A stretch of 55,122 bases of DNA from Candidatus Parcubacteria bacterium (GCA_018669975.1 JABHSK010000005.1:1-55122); one strand, 5' to 3'; positions 34,997-44,721 are shown, counted from the first letter of the stretch. Made by a program: numbers and translations. Notes: generated from the letters alone by a model not told the origin.

Positions 34997-36448
34997 CTAT
35001 TTGCGCTTAGCTCGGATCGTTTCGATCGTCTGCTGCAAAGCAGTAGAAATCATAACATCGGGGATATTTTCTATAAGACCATTTTGGAACAGTAAGTCAG
35101 CTATATCACGTGAGTGCTTGATTCTGGCTTGGGCTGTTTCACGAGCTCTAGTCCAGGTGATGTTCGTTCTGGCAACACCATCCTCTATAGCTTGCATAGC
35201 CACACTAGCAGCTATGTGAGAAAAAACATCAATATCATTCATGGTGACTATAATTTTCTCAGGGTTAATACCCTTATTTTTAGAAAATTCTGCCAGAGCT
35301 TTGGCAGCTGTGATAGCCATAGCGTCGGTGATTTTTTTGGCTCGAACCATCAGGGCTCCTCGTAGTAGACCAGGAAAGCATAAAGAGTTGTTGATCTGAT
35401 TAGGAAAATCACCACGACCAGTGGCTACGATGAAAGCGCCAGCTTCCTTAGCAGCATAGGGATAAATTTCTGGTACTGGATTAGCACAGACAAATACAAT
35501 CGCCTTGTCTGCCATTTTGCGAATTTGGCTAGGGTTGATAGTGTTTGGTCCTGGTTTAGAGAGAGCAATCAATACGTCCGCATCCTGTATGGCTGTGTCG
35601 AAATCCTCAATCTTGTCAGGATTTGTTATTTCGCAGAGTTCCCATTTGCGGTAAAAGGGCTTGTTGTCCCTGAGATCATCACGACCAGCATGGAGACCAC
35701 CGCGGGAATCTACCAAAATCATCTTAGCTGGATCAGCACCGGCAGTTATACAGAGTCGAGCAATGGTTGTGTTGGATGCACCAGCGCCAAGTAAAACAAT
35801 TTTTACTTCATCTAGATTTTTGTCAGCCAATCTCAAGGCATTGAATAAACCTGCTAGCGTGACGCAGGCAGTTCCCTGAGCATCATCATGCCAGACCGGT
35901 ATGTCACACTTTTTTTGGAGAGTATCCAGCACTAGAAAACAGTTGGGCTGGGAAATATCCTCTAGATTGACAGCACCCACACTGGGAGCTAGCATTCTTA
36001 CAAAATCGATGATTTTTTGAGGATCATTTTCTCCAGCTTCGTTGCGACTGTCGATACACAGAGGTATGGCGTCGATGCCACCAAGTTGGTCCATCAACAA
36101 GGCCTTGCCCTCCATTACACCGATACCACCGGGAGGTGTCACATCACCATCACCCAAAACTCGGGTTGAATCAGTGACGATAGCTACTGTATTACTACGG
36201 TTGGAGAGGTTGAAAGATGCATCGTTATCTTCACGGATAGCAGTAGATACAGCAGACACTCCGGGAGTGTACCAAAAATTGAATAAGCCTAGTTGTCCGA
36301 CGGGCACCTTGGGTGTGACTTGAGTCATGCCACCAAAAAATTGGTGAGCCTTGATAGACATGATCTTTGCAAATAAAGTCATGGCAGCAGCGATTTCAGG
36401 TTCTGAAAAATCACTAGGAAATTTTGGGTTAAACTTGCTTGATTTCAT
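34997..36448 (-). CDS. NAD(P)-dependent malic enzyme (short, about 480-aa type)
   Basis: Motifs are YTPGVS, GLGDV-type VLGDGDV, GVMEGKALL, the dinucleotide fold VLLGAGASN, and FANPVPEI-type CANPVPEI. My 90-nt samples give 38% and 56% GC, which on average is higher than the flanks. Confidence 0.88.
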   Translation of the reverse strand: MKSSKFNPKFPSDFSEPEIAAAMTLFAKIMSIKAHQFFGGMTQVTPKVPVGQLGLFNFWYTPGVSAVSTAIREDNDASFNLSNRSNTVAIVTDSTRVLGDGDVTPPGGIGVMEGKALLMDQLGGIDAIPLCIDSRNEAGENDPQKIIDFVRMLAPSVGAVNLEDISQPNCFLVLDTLQKKCDIPVWHDDAQGTACVTLAGLFNALRLADKNLDEVKIVLLGAGASNTTIARLCITAGADPAKMILVDSRGGLHAGRDDLRDNKPFYRKWELCEITNPDKIEDFDTAIQDADVLIALSKPGPNTINPSQIRKMADKAIVFVCANPVPEIYPYAAKEAGAFIVATGRGDFPNQINNSLCFPGLLRGALMVRAKKITDAMAITAAKALAEFSKNKGINPEKIIVTMNDIDVFSHIAASVAMQAIEDGVARTNITWTRARETAQARIKHSRDIADLLFQNGLIENIPDVMISTALQQTIETIRAKRK

Positions 36449-36679
36449 GGTTACTCTTTCCGTTCAAGATTAGGCGTGTTATTAGCTTCTTTAGAGTATT
36501 GTAGCTAATAACGTTTTTTAGAGCAATCTTATTTTTATTCCCCTTTGTATTTTGAAGGTACTTCATCTTCTGTGGAATTAAAAAATTATATAATAAAGCG
36601 CCCATTCCGTCAATCTTGATATTTAGCTTTATTTAGGTTATAATTTTTATATTAAAACTATTAATCTGTATACATTTTT

Positions 36680-38068
36680 ATGGAAAATTCACGCAAGATT
36701 GATAAGGTAGTAAATCTGGCCAAACGGCGCGGATTTATTTTTCCTTCATCAGAGATTTACGGAGGGTTAAATTCTATTTATGACTACGGTCCACTAGGGG
36801 TTGAGCTTAAGAAAAACGTCAAAAAAGCTTGGTGGGACTTTATGATGGCTAGAAAAGATGTGGTTGGATTAGATTCAGCTATATTGGCTCATCCTAGGAC
36901 TTGGGAGGCATCAGGTCATCTGGATGGCTTCACAGATCCGTTGATAGATTGTAAGAAATGTAAGAATCGTTTTCGAGCAGATCATTTATTAGAAAAGAAG
37001 GGTCTTAAACCTGATTTTGCTAAAACGAAACCAATGGATATGAAGGATATTAAGTGTCCAGAATGTGGTGGTGAGTTGACTGATGTACGTCAGTTCAATT
37101 TAATGTTCAAGACTTTTATGGGGCCAGTAGAGGACTCTGCCAGTCAATTGTATCTTCGACCAGAAACTGCTCAAGGTATCTATACTAATTTTTTGAACAC
37201 CAAAGAGAGCATGCGTATGAAAATGCCTTTTGGTATTGCTCAGATTGGTAAAGCTTTTAGGAACGAAATTACTACTGAAAATTTTATTTTCCGTATGCGT
37301 GAATTTGAGCAGATGGAAATGCAATATTTTGTTCACCCGGATGGCAAAGATGATATTTTTGATACTTGGAAAAAGCTCAGGAAAGAGTGGTATTTGTCTT
37401 TGGGTCTTAGCAAAGAAAATTTAAGATTCAGAGAACATGAGCCAGATGAATTGGTGCATTATGCTAGTAAAGCTTTTGATATAGAATATAATTTTGGTTT
37501 TTCAGAAAGTGAGGCGGGTTTCAAAGAACTAGAGGGTATTCATGATCGTGGTGATTGGGATTTATCTAGACATCAGAAGTTTTCAGGGCAAAAATTAATA
37601 GTCAAAGATGATGATAATAAAGATTATACTCCACATGTTGTTGAAACCTCTGGTGGTGTTGATCGAGCCACTTTGGCATTTTTAATTGATGCCTATGATG
37701 AAATAGAGGGTGGTCGCACTACTACTACCAAGAGTGTTAAAGACGCAGAAGTGGTGCTTAGACTAGACAAACGTTTAGCTCCTATTAAGATTGCGGTTTT
37801 ACCTTTATCTAAAAAAGTAGAGCTATCCAAAAAATCTAACGAGGTTTATGATTCTTTAGTTAGTAAATATAGAATACGTTATGATGAGACTGGTAGCATC
37901 GGTAAACGTTATCGTCGTCAGGATGAGATCGGTACACCATACTGTGTGACCATTGATTTTGATACTTTAGAAAATAATCAAGTAACTGTTCGTGATAGGG
38001 ATACCATGGAGCAGGATCATGTAGTCATTGAGGAGTTGGAGTCTTATTTTGCAGAAAAATTTAATTAA
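36680..38068 (+). CDS. glyQS: glycyl-tRNA synthetase (single-chain class II GlyQS type)
   Basis: Motifs are RRGFIFPSSEIYGG, FRNEITT..FIFRMREFEQMEMQYF and GGVDRATLA. A C-terminal anticodon-binding domain is present. Confidence 0.93.
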   Translation: MENSRKIDKVVNLAKRRGFIFPSSEIYGGLNSIYDYGPLGVELKKNVKKAWWDFMMARKDVVGLDSAILAHPRTWEASGHLDGFTDPLIDCKKCKNRFRADHLLEKKGLKPDFAKTKPMDMKDIKCPECGGELTDVRQFNLMFKTFMGPVEDSASQLYLRPETAQGIYTNFLNTKESMRMKMPFGIAQIGKAFRNEITTENFIFRMREFEQMEMQYFVHPDGKDDIFDTWKKLRKEWYLSLGLSKENLRFREHEPDELVHYASKAFDIEYNFGFSESEAGFKELEGIHDRGDWDLSRHQKFSGQKLIVKDDDNKDYTPHVVETSGGVDRATLAFLIDAYDEIEGGRTTTTKSVKDAEVVLRLDKRLAPIKIAVLPLSKKVELSKKSNEVYDSLVSKYRIRYDETGSIGKRYRRQDEIGTPYCVTIDFDTLENNQVTVRDRDTMEQDHVVIEELESYFAEKFN

Positions 38069-38085
38069 TAAAAGTTTTTTATAAT

Positions 38086-39354
38086 ATGTTCAAAAGAATT
38101 GTCCGCAAAGACGGCAGTGTAATTATTTTGGTGCCCAAGCGGGATACCAAGGCTATTACTTTTGAGGTAATTTATAAAGTTGGCAGTCGGCAAGAAACCA
38201 AGGCAATTAATGGCGCCTCACATTTTGTTGAACACCTGATGTTTAAAGGCACCGACAGAAGACCTAATACAGCCAACATAGCCAAAGAGCTAGACAGTGT
38301 TGGCGCGGAGTACAATGCTTTTACTGGCAAAGAATATACGGGTTATTATATTACCGCTGATAGTAGGCACATGCCTTTAGCAGTGGATATGCTGTCTGAT
38401 ATGTTATATAATTCCAAGTTTGAAAAAAAAGAAGTTGATCGTGAACGTGGAGTTATAGTCGAAGAGATTAATATGTATGAAGATAATCCTTTGATGTACA
38501 TGGAAGATGTTTTTGAAAATTTACTTTTTAAAGACACTGTTCTAGGTAGGTCAATTGCTGGACCCAGGGTAAACATTCAAACTATCCCTAGAAACTCTTT
38601 GTATAATTATTATCAGAAGCATTATTTTGGTGGTAACGCAGTGATTGGCGTAGCTGGAAAATTTACTCAAGCACAAGCACTCAAACTGGTGGATAAATTA
38701 TTTCCAATAGGCAAAAAACAGGCTAGAAATAAAATTAAGGCTGTACCAGCCTTTAGGCAGACCAAGCCGGAAGTCAAAATAGTTAAACGTGATTTAGAGC
38801 AGGTGCAATTGATGTTGGGCTTTAGAACTATCTCTAGTGTAGATCCTAAGTTTATGACTGCCCAATTATTAGGAAATATTTTAGGCGCCACCATGAGCTC
38901 CCGACTTTTCTTGAACATTAGAGAGCGTAGAGGTTTATGCTACTTTATCCGAGCTAGCATTGGTGCCTATGAAGATATTGGATCTTTTGTAGTACACGCT
39001 GGTTTAAATAAAGAAAAAGTTTACGAGGCTTTAGAAGCTATTAAAGAAGAATTAAATGATATTAGCAGCAAAGGTATTACCAAAGAGGAGCTTAAAAAAG
39101 CCAAGGATAATATCAGGGGTCGCATGGTTCTAAAAATGGAGAATGCTAATTCTCATCTTAACTTCTTGATGTCTCAAGAATTGTTAGGACAGCAGATCAA
39201 GGACCTTGAAGCCAAACTTAAAGAAATGGATAAAATCACTATTAAGCAGGTCAATGATTTAGCTAAACAAATAGTCAAATGGCCACAAGCCAACCTGGCT
39301 ATTATTGGACCTTTTGAAAATAAAAATAAATTTTTAAAAATTTTAAGCAAATAA
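38086..39354 (+). CDS. M16 family (pitrilysin-like) zinc peptidase
   Basis: The inverted zinc motif is HFVEHLMFKGT with a downstream EE. The protein is 422 aa. Confidence 0.85.
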   Translation: MFKRIVRKDGSVIILVPKRDTKAITFEVIYKVGSRQETKAINGASHFVEHLMFKGTDRRPNTANIAKELDSVGAEYNAFTGKEYTGYYITADSRHMPLAVDMLSDMLYNSKFEKKEVDRERGVIVEEINMYEDNPLMYMEDVFENLLFKDTVLGRSIAGPRVNIQTIPRNSLYNYYQKHYFGGNAVIGVAGKFTQAQALKLVDKLFPIGKKQARNKIKAVPAFRQTKPEVKIVKRDLEQVQLMLGFRTISSVDPKFMTAQLLGNILGATMSSRLFLNIRERRGLCYFIRASIGAYEDIGSFVVHAGLNKEKVYEALEAIKEELNDISSKGITKEELKKAKDNIRGRMVLKMENANSHLNFLMSQELLGQQIKDLEAKLKEMDKITIKQVNDLAKQIVKWPQANLAIIGPFENKNKFLKILSK

Positions 39355-39364
39355 AACAAAAATT

Positions 39365-40387
39365 ATGGCTAGAAACTCAATATCAATTTCAACGGATACT
39401 ATTGTCCGAATAATAGTCATACTGCTATTTATAGGATTTCTTTATTTAATTAAAGATGTTTTGGCGTTATTTTTTGTAGCTGTGATATTGTCAGCTGCTT
39501 TTGATCCATTAATAGATTGGTTTGAAGCCAAGAAAATTCCTCGTGCCCTGAGCATCCTCGGTGTTTATGCAGTATTTCTTTTTATAGTAGGTGGTGCCAT
39601 TTATTTATTGACGGGGCCAATCATTGCACAGATAAAAGATTTAACACGAGTTTTTCCAGACCTGCTAGAAAAAATAAACGAAGGTATTTACAATTTAAAG
39701 AGTGTTGATAATTCAGTAGCAGCAGAAACAGTTAGTACTAGTTTGGCGGGCATCACTAGAAGTCTTTCACAGGCTGGTTCTGGCATCTTTAATATGGTTA
39801 CATCTATTTTTGGTGGTGTTATTAGCTTCTTCATGGTCCTGGTAATAACCTTCTATTTGACTGTTGAAGAAAACGGCATGAAGCGTTTTATTAATAGTAT
39901 TACTCCAAATAAACATCGTGCCTATGTAGCTAAGTTAATTACAGCCATGCAGCACAGAATGGGATATTGGCTTAGAGGGCAACTGATTTTGTCGGTGATA
40001 GTTTTTATCATGGTCTACGTTGGGCTGAGTTTATTGGGAGTAAAATATGCTCTGGTTCTAGCCCTGGTAGCTGGTATATTTGAAATAGTCCCTTTCTTGG
40101 GTCCATGGATATCTGCGATTCCAGGTGTTTTCTTCGCCTTTTCACAAAATCCAACCCTAGCTTTTTGGGTAGCTATTCTATATTTTGGAGTACAGCAAAT
40201 AGAAAATAATTTAATTGTGCCCAAGGTTATGGGTAAGACCACCGGGTTGAATCCATTGGTAGTTATATTAGCTATCTTAATGGGTGCACGTTTAGGGGGT
40301 ATTGTTGGAGCATTACTAGCTGTACCAGTTGCTTTAGCTATAGCAGTATATTTTGAAAGTTTAATGAATAATAAACATAAAGCTTAA
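39365..40387 (+). CDS. AI-2E family transporter (PerM/UPF0118)
   Basis: It is a multi-TM protein. The characteristic C-terminal segment is IPFLGPWISAIPG...QQIENNLIVPKVMG. Confidence 0.85.
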   Translation: MARNSISISTDTIVRIIVILLFIGFLYLIKDVLALFFVAVILSAAFDPLIDWFEAKKIPRALSILGVYAVFLFIVGGAIYLLTGPIIAQIKDLTRVFPDLLEKINEGIYNLKSVDNSVAAETVSTSLAGITRSLSQAGSGIFNMVTSIFGGVISFFMVLVITFYLTVEENGMKRFINSITPNKHRAYVAKLITAMQHRMGYWLRGQLILSVIVFIMVYVGLSLLGVKYALVLALVAGIFEIVPFLGPWISAIPGVFFAFSQNPTLAFWVAILYFGVQQIENNLIVPKVMGKTTGLNPLVVILAILMGARLGGIVGALLAVPVALAIAVYFESLMNNKHKA

Positions 40388-41056
40388 ATGTCTACGATAT
40401 ATTTTGTTGCTACACCAATAGGAAATTTAGAGGATCTAACTTTTCGAGCTCTGCGGATTTTGCAGGAAGTAGATGTTGTTTTAGCTGAAGACAAAAGGGT
40501 CAGTAGAAAGCTTTTTGATCATTATGATATCAAAACCAATTTATTGGTATGGCACCAGCACAGTAAGGATAAAGATTGGCAGCGAGTTAAAGATCTGCTA
40601 TTACAAGATAAAGATATCGCTCTAATTACAGATGCTGGTACTCCGGGATTTTCTGATCCAGGTGGCAAATTGATAGAGCTAGTGAAAAACGAATTGCCAG
40701 ACGTAAAAATTAGTCCTATTCCTGGAGCTTCTGCTTTGGGTGCTATGGTCTCCATAGCTGGTATTGCTCTAGACAAGTTTTCATTTTTAGGATTCCTACC
40801 ACACAAAAAAGGACGACAGACTTTGATAACAAAAATAAAAGAAGCAAAGCAGCCAATGATATTTTTTGAATCAGTTCACAGGATACTCAAAGCACTAGAT
40901 CAATTGTCAGATTGTGACAAGCAATTAATAGTCGGTCGTGAGTTGACTAAGAAGTTTGAAACCATTTATCGAGGCACTGCTCAGGAAATATTAGATACAT
41001 TAAACAACGATCCGCAGCAGGTCAAAGGAGAATTTGTTGTTATAGTAAATAAATAA
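40388..41056 (+). CDS. rsmI: 16S rRNA (cytidine1402-2'-O)-methyltransferase
   Basis: Motifs are LYFVATPIGNLEDLT-type IYFVATPIGNLEDLTFRA, AEDKRVS, TDAGTPGFSDPG, ESVHR and GRELTKKFE. Confidence 0.9.
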   Translation: MSTIYFVATPIGNLEDLTFRALRILQEVDVVLAEDKRVSRKLFDHYDIKTNLLVWHQHSKDKDWQRVKDLLLQDKDIALITDAGTPGFSDPGGKLIELVKNELPDVKISPIPGASALGAMVSIAGIALDKFSFLGFLPHKKGRQTLITKIKEAKQPMIFFESVHRILKALDQLSDCDKQLIVGRELTKKFETIYRGTAQEILDTLNNDPQQVKGEFVVIVNK

Positions 41057-41058
41057 TC

Positions 41059-41517
41059 ATGGCTACTAAAAAAGATTTAGAAAAATTCGAAAAATTTGCC
41101 ATTAGTCAAACAGCTATATTGATAAGAGACGATAAATGCTTGATTCTCAAAGCAGCTAGTCGGGAAAAAAACATGTGGGTATTACCAGGCGGCAGACTAG
41201 ATAAAGGTGAGCTCGGCGAGGCAGCCTTTGCTAGAGAACTTAAAGAAGAGATAAATTTTGATAATGTAAAAGTTTTAGGTGTAGCTGCTTATGATATTTG
41301 GTACCATGACATTCCTCATTTAGGTGTTAAAAATTGGCCAATCTGTGCTATAGCTAATTTAATAGAAGACACTGGTCAGGAAGTTAAAATAAGTGATGAA
41401 CACACCGAAGTAGTTTGGGCATCAGAAGATGATATAGAAAATTATCAGTTCATTTGGCCCAAGGCTCATCAGATTATCAAAAAAGGATTTGAATATTATA
41501 GATTATTAAATAAATAA
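41059..41517 (+). CDS. NUDIX hydrolase
   Basis: The Nudix box is GGRLDKGELGEAAFARELKEEINF. Confidence 0.85.
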   Translation: MATKKDLEKFEKFAISQTAILIRDDKCLILKAASREKNMWVLPGGRLDKGELGEAAFARELKEEINFDNVKVLGVAAYDIWYHDIPHLGVKNWPICAIANLIEDTGQEVKISDEHTEVVWASEDDIENYQFIWPKAHQIIKKGFEYYRLLNK

Positions 41518-41518
41518 T

Positions 41519-41785
41519 ATGGCAGCTAAAAAACATTTGGCTTCAATTGCTATCTTAGTAAAGGATCGTCATGAACACTCAGTTGATGTGCAGCGTATTT
41601 TAACTGAGCACGGCAACGTAATTTTGGGTAGGATGGGAATCAATCCTAGTCGTAGTTGTGTCGAGCATTGTACGGGGATTATATCCATCATTGTTGAGGG
41701 TACAGCCAAAGAAATTAAAGATCTTACCAAAAAATTGGATGCTTACTATGGTATTGTAGCTAAAACCAACATCATGACAGACTAG
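41519..41785 (+). CDS. small ACT/NikR-C-like protein resembling the TM1266-type putative iron-only hydrogenase system regulator family
   Basis: 88 aa. The pattern IAILVKDRHEHSVDVQRILTEHGNVILGRMGI...ISIIVEG matches my memory of that family. I did not verify it by search. Confidence 0.5.
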   Translation: MAAKKHLASIAILVKDRHEHSVDVQRILTEHGNVILGRMGINPSRSCVEHCTGIISIIVEGTAKEIKDLTKKLDAYYGIVAKTNIMTD

Positions 41786-41787
41786 CT

Positions 41788-41908
41788 ATTGATTTTATAA
41801 TCAGAGAATTAGAGCCGCGAGATATTGATTTGTCGTCAGGATTTGATTACTTTTTATAAAAAATTAGGCTTTAAAGATAATAGTATTTGTATGAAAATTA
41901 AATTTTAA
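41788..41908 (+). pseudogene. collapsed GNAT acetyltransferase relic
   Basis: One frame reads IDFIIRELEPRDIDL, which is GNAT N-terminus-like. A frame shifted by one nt reads FYKKLGFKDNSICMKIKF-stop, a canonical GNAT C-terminus. The whole middle of the gene is absent. Confidence 0.4.
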
Positions 41909-41912
41909 AAAT

Positions 41913-42104
41913 ATGCTTAATACAGCTATAGTTTTTTTCTTAGGAATGGCCATTGGGTATTTTTTTGGTCAACAAAAAATTAAGGAGCAAATTAAACTAG
42001 GACAAGTATCAGCACCACGGCCTAGTGTTCCTGTGAATAATACTCCACCACCAGTGCCTAGTGCCCCTATAGATAAAGACAGATTAAAGGTCATTAGAAA
42101 ATAA
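41913..42104 (+). CDS. small membrane-anchored Pro-rich protein
   Basis: 63 aa with an N-terminal TM segment (AIVFFLGMAIGYFFG) and a Pro-rich tail. Confidence 0.45.
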   Translation: MLNTAIVFFLGMAIGYFFGQQKIKEQIKLGQVSAPRPSVPVNNTPPPVPSAPIDKDRLKVIRK

Positions 42105-42120
42105 TTAATTAAAAAATAAT

Positions 42121-42333
42121 ATGAGTTTAGATAATATATTATATGCTCTAGTAGCAGTTTTGGGATTAGGTACCATTTATGCTTGGTATCAATTTTATAA
42201 AGTAGTCGCTAACAAGTGCGATACTTGTTCAATTGATCTACATGAGAACCCTTTTAAATCTAAATGTTTTACTGGGGCAGTATTTTTTACACTGTCACTG
42301 GCTTTAGCAGTTTACGCGGTTATACTTTTATAA
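42121..42333 (+). CDS. small two-TM membrane protein with a CxxC motif
   Basis: 70 aa with two hydrophobic helices flanking CDTC. The stop lies 3 nt before metG. Confidence 0.45.
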   Translation: MSLDNILYALVAVLGLGTIYAWYQFYKVVANKCDTCSIDLHENPFKSKCFTGAVFFTLSLALAVYAVILL

Positions 42334-42336
42334 ATT

Positions 42337-43785
42337 ATGGATAAATTAGATAAATTTTATATAACTACACCAATTTATTATGTGAATGATAAGCCACATA
42401 TTGGTCATGCCTACACTACGATCTTGGCTGATGTGTTGGCTCGTTTTTATCGTAGTCAAATTGGCGATGAAAATGTTTATTTTTTGACAGGCACCGATGA
42501 GCATGGAGCTAAGGTTGCAGAATCTGCAGAGAAACAAGGTATTAGTCCTCAAGAATTTACAGATCAGGTTAGCAAGGAGTTTTCAGACGCTTGGAAAAAT
42601 TTAGATATTTCCAACGATCATTTTATTAGAACTACCGACAAGAAGCATCAGCAGGCGGTTGTTAAAATTTTAGAAAAATTAAAAGAAAAGGGTGCTATTT
42701 ATGAGGGTGATTATAACGGTTTGTATTGCGTGGGTTGTGAGAAATTTATTACTAATAGTGAATTGGTAGATGGCAAGTGTCCCGATCACAATAAAAAACC
42801 GCAAGAGTTAACAGAAAAAAATTGGTTTTTTAAGCTTGGTGATTTTTTACCAAAAATAAAAAAGGCCATTGAGTCAGGAGAATTAATGATTTATCCTGAG
42901 ACTAGAAAGAATGAGGTTCTAGGACTTATAGACAAACAAGAGCTACCGGATTTTTCTATATCTAGATCAAAGGATGCTGTTAACTGGGGGATTGACTTGC
43001 CCTGGGATGATTCACAAAAAGTTTATGTATGGATTGATGCTTTGTGTAATTATATAACAGCCCTAGATTATCCAGATGGAAAAGATTTTAAAAAGTTTTG
43101 GCCAGCGGATGCTCACTTTTTAGCATTAGAGATATTAAAATTTCATGCTGTTTATTGGCCAGCAATACTCATGGCTCTAGATATACCTTTACCTAAATTA
43201 AATATTCATGGATTTTTTACCCTTGATGGTAAGAAAATGTCTAAGACTTTAGGTAATGTGATATCGCCCAATGATTTGGTAGATAAATATGGTCCAGAGG
43301 TAACTAAGTATTTAATTTTGTCTCAATTTTCTTTTGGTTCAGAGTCAGATATTAAAGTAGAACATTTTACGGAAAAATATAATGCTGATCTAGTAAATGG
43401 TTTGGGTAACCTGGTTAATCGGGTTACTAATATGATTGAGCAATATTTAGATGGAAAAATAGATAGTGATCAGTTTAATAAACAAATAGTCGGTGGTGAA
43501 GAAATAAAGAATTTACGTTTTCGTGAAGCATTATTGACTATCTGGCAGCTGATTCAAAAAGGTAATGCTTTAATTGATGAGAAAAAACCTTGGCAGCTAG
43601 CTAAAGATGAGGCTAATAAAGAAGAGTTAAATAAGCTCTTGCAAGAATTAGCCAGTGATTTGCACGTAGTAGCTTTATCACTGAAGCCTTTTATGCCTAG
43701 CAAAGCAGAGGAATTGATTAAAATATTGACTGCCAAAAAAGTTATTAAACCCGAACAGCCATTATTTCCGAGGCTAAGTGAGTAG
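42337..43785 (+). CDS. metG: methionyl-tRNA synthetase (short form, no C-terminal dimerisation domain)
   Basis: The HIGH motif is PHIGHAYT, KMSKS is KMSKTLGN, and the zinc knuckle is CVGCEKF...CPDHNK. Confidence 0.93.
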   Translation: MDKLDKFYITTPIYYVNDKPHIGHAYTTILADVLARFYRSQIGDENVYFLTGTDEHGAKVAESAEKQGISPQEFTDQVSKEFSDAWKNLDISNDHFIRTTDKKHQQAVVKILEKLKEKGAIYEGDYNGLYCVGCEKFITNSELVDGKCPDHNKKPQELTEKNWFFKLGDFLPKIKKAIESGELMIYPETRKNEVLGLIDKQELPDFSISRSKDAVNWGIDLPWDDSQKVYVWIDALCNYITALDYPDGKDFKKFWPADAHFLALEILKFHAVYWPAILMALDIPLPKLNIHGFFTLDGKKMSKTLGNVISPNDLVDKYGPEVTKYLILSQFSFGSESDIKVEHFTEKYNADLVNGLGNLVNRVTNMIEQYLDGKIDSDQFNKQIVGGEEIKNLRFREALLTIWQLIQKGNALIDEKKPWQLAKDEANKEELNKLLQELASDLHVVALSLKPFMPSKAEELIKILTAKKVIKPEQPLFPRLSE

Positions 43786-43808
43786 TGTATTAATTTGAAA
43801 TAAAAAAC

Positions 43809-44183
43809 ATGAAAAAATTATTATTTTTATTAAGCTTAGTGGCTATTTTTAGCCTAGGTTGCATTCAATCACCAGGGGGAAGACAATCTAAAAATATAGA
43901 CGCTATAGTTGATAAAATGATGGAGGATGAAAGTTCAGCATTAGAGCAACGTAAAGATGAATTAAAAGAAGAACTGAAGTCAATGTATTGTGAAGAAAAT
44001 TCGGATTGTATTAAAGTAGGTGCGCCTTGCAGTGGTGCTAAAGCGTTTAATAAAAATGCAGAGGAAGCTATAATGGTGCAGGCAGAGTTTACAAAAAATT
44101 ATAAAGGAGCCTGTACAATGGAGATAAAGGAATTTGGTGAACCTTATTGTAAAGATAATCTTTGCACAGTTGATCGTATATAA
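43809..44183 (+). CDS. small lipoprotein, unknown function
   Basis: A signal peptide with the lipobox FSLGC is present, and there are six more Cys. Confidence 0.6.
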   Translation: MKKLLFLLSLVAIFSLGCIQSPGGRQSKNIDAIVDKMMEDESSALEQRKDELKEELKSMYCEENSDCIKVGAPCSGAKAFNKNAEEAIMVQAEFTKNYKGACTMEIKEFGEPYCKDNLCTVDRI

Positions 44184-44213
44184 TATTTAGTATATTAATT
44201 TTAAATAAAAAAT

Positions 44214-44720
44214 ATGAGTGTATTTGACATCGTATTGTTAGTAATTTTATTAATCTTCATTTGGAAAGGTTTTCGAGCTGGACTAGTTGGAGCCATCGGT
44301 GGTTTTGTCGGGATTATTATTGCCATTTGGGCAGGTAGTCACTACATGCAGCCAGTTGGACAGTGGGTAATGAGTACCTTAACCATCGGTAGTGAAGCGG
44401 TAGCTAATCTGGTAGCTTTTGCCCTAATATTTATAGGCATTAATGTAGCAGTTGGTATTATAGTTTCTATTATCAATAAAATTTTTCACATTATCCCTTT
44501 TATTGACCTAGCTAATAAATTATTAGGAGCAGTAGTTGGTTTGGTTGGTGGAGCTCTAGCAGTTTCAGCTATAGTTTATTTGATGGGCTTATTTCCTTTT
44601 CACGATGGATTATCTGATATGATGATAAAATCAGAACTTGCTGATTGGGCACTTAAGATAGCAGTAGTGGTTAAACCATTTATTCCAGAGGCCATAAAAA
44701 GTTTAAGGTCAATTTTATAA
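44214..44720 (+). CDS. cvpA: CvpA family membrane protein
   Basis: The N-terminus FDIVLLVILLIFIWKGFRAGLV is characteristic of the family. The protein has four TM helices. Confidence 0.8.
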   Translation: MSVFDIVLLVILLIFIWKGFRAGLVGAIGGFVGIIIAIWAGSHYMQPVGQWVMSTLTIGSEAVANLVAFALIFIGINVAVGIIVSIINKIFHIIPFIDLANKLLGAVVGLVGGALAVSAIVYLMGLFPFHDGLSDMMIKSELADWALKIAVVVKPFIPEAIKSLRSIL

Positions 44721-44721
44721 T

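Noticed and set aside
36449-36613. 58-codon minus-strand ORF upstream of and overlapping the malic enzyme start
   Set aside because: It is an AT-rich, Lys/Asn/Leu-dominated frame with no RBS, it runs out of frame into the malic enzyme start, and it is below the track cutoff. It looks like random open frame in AT-rich spacer.
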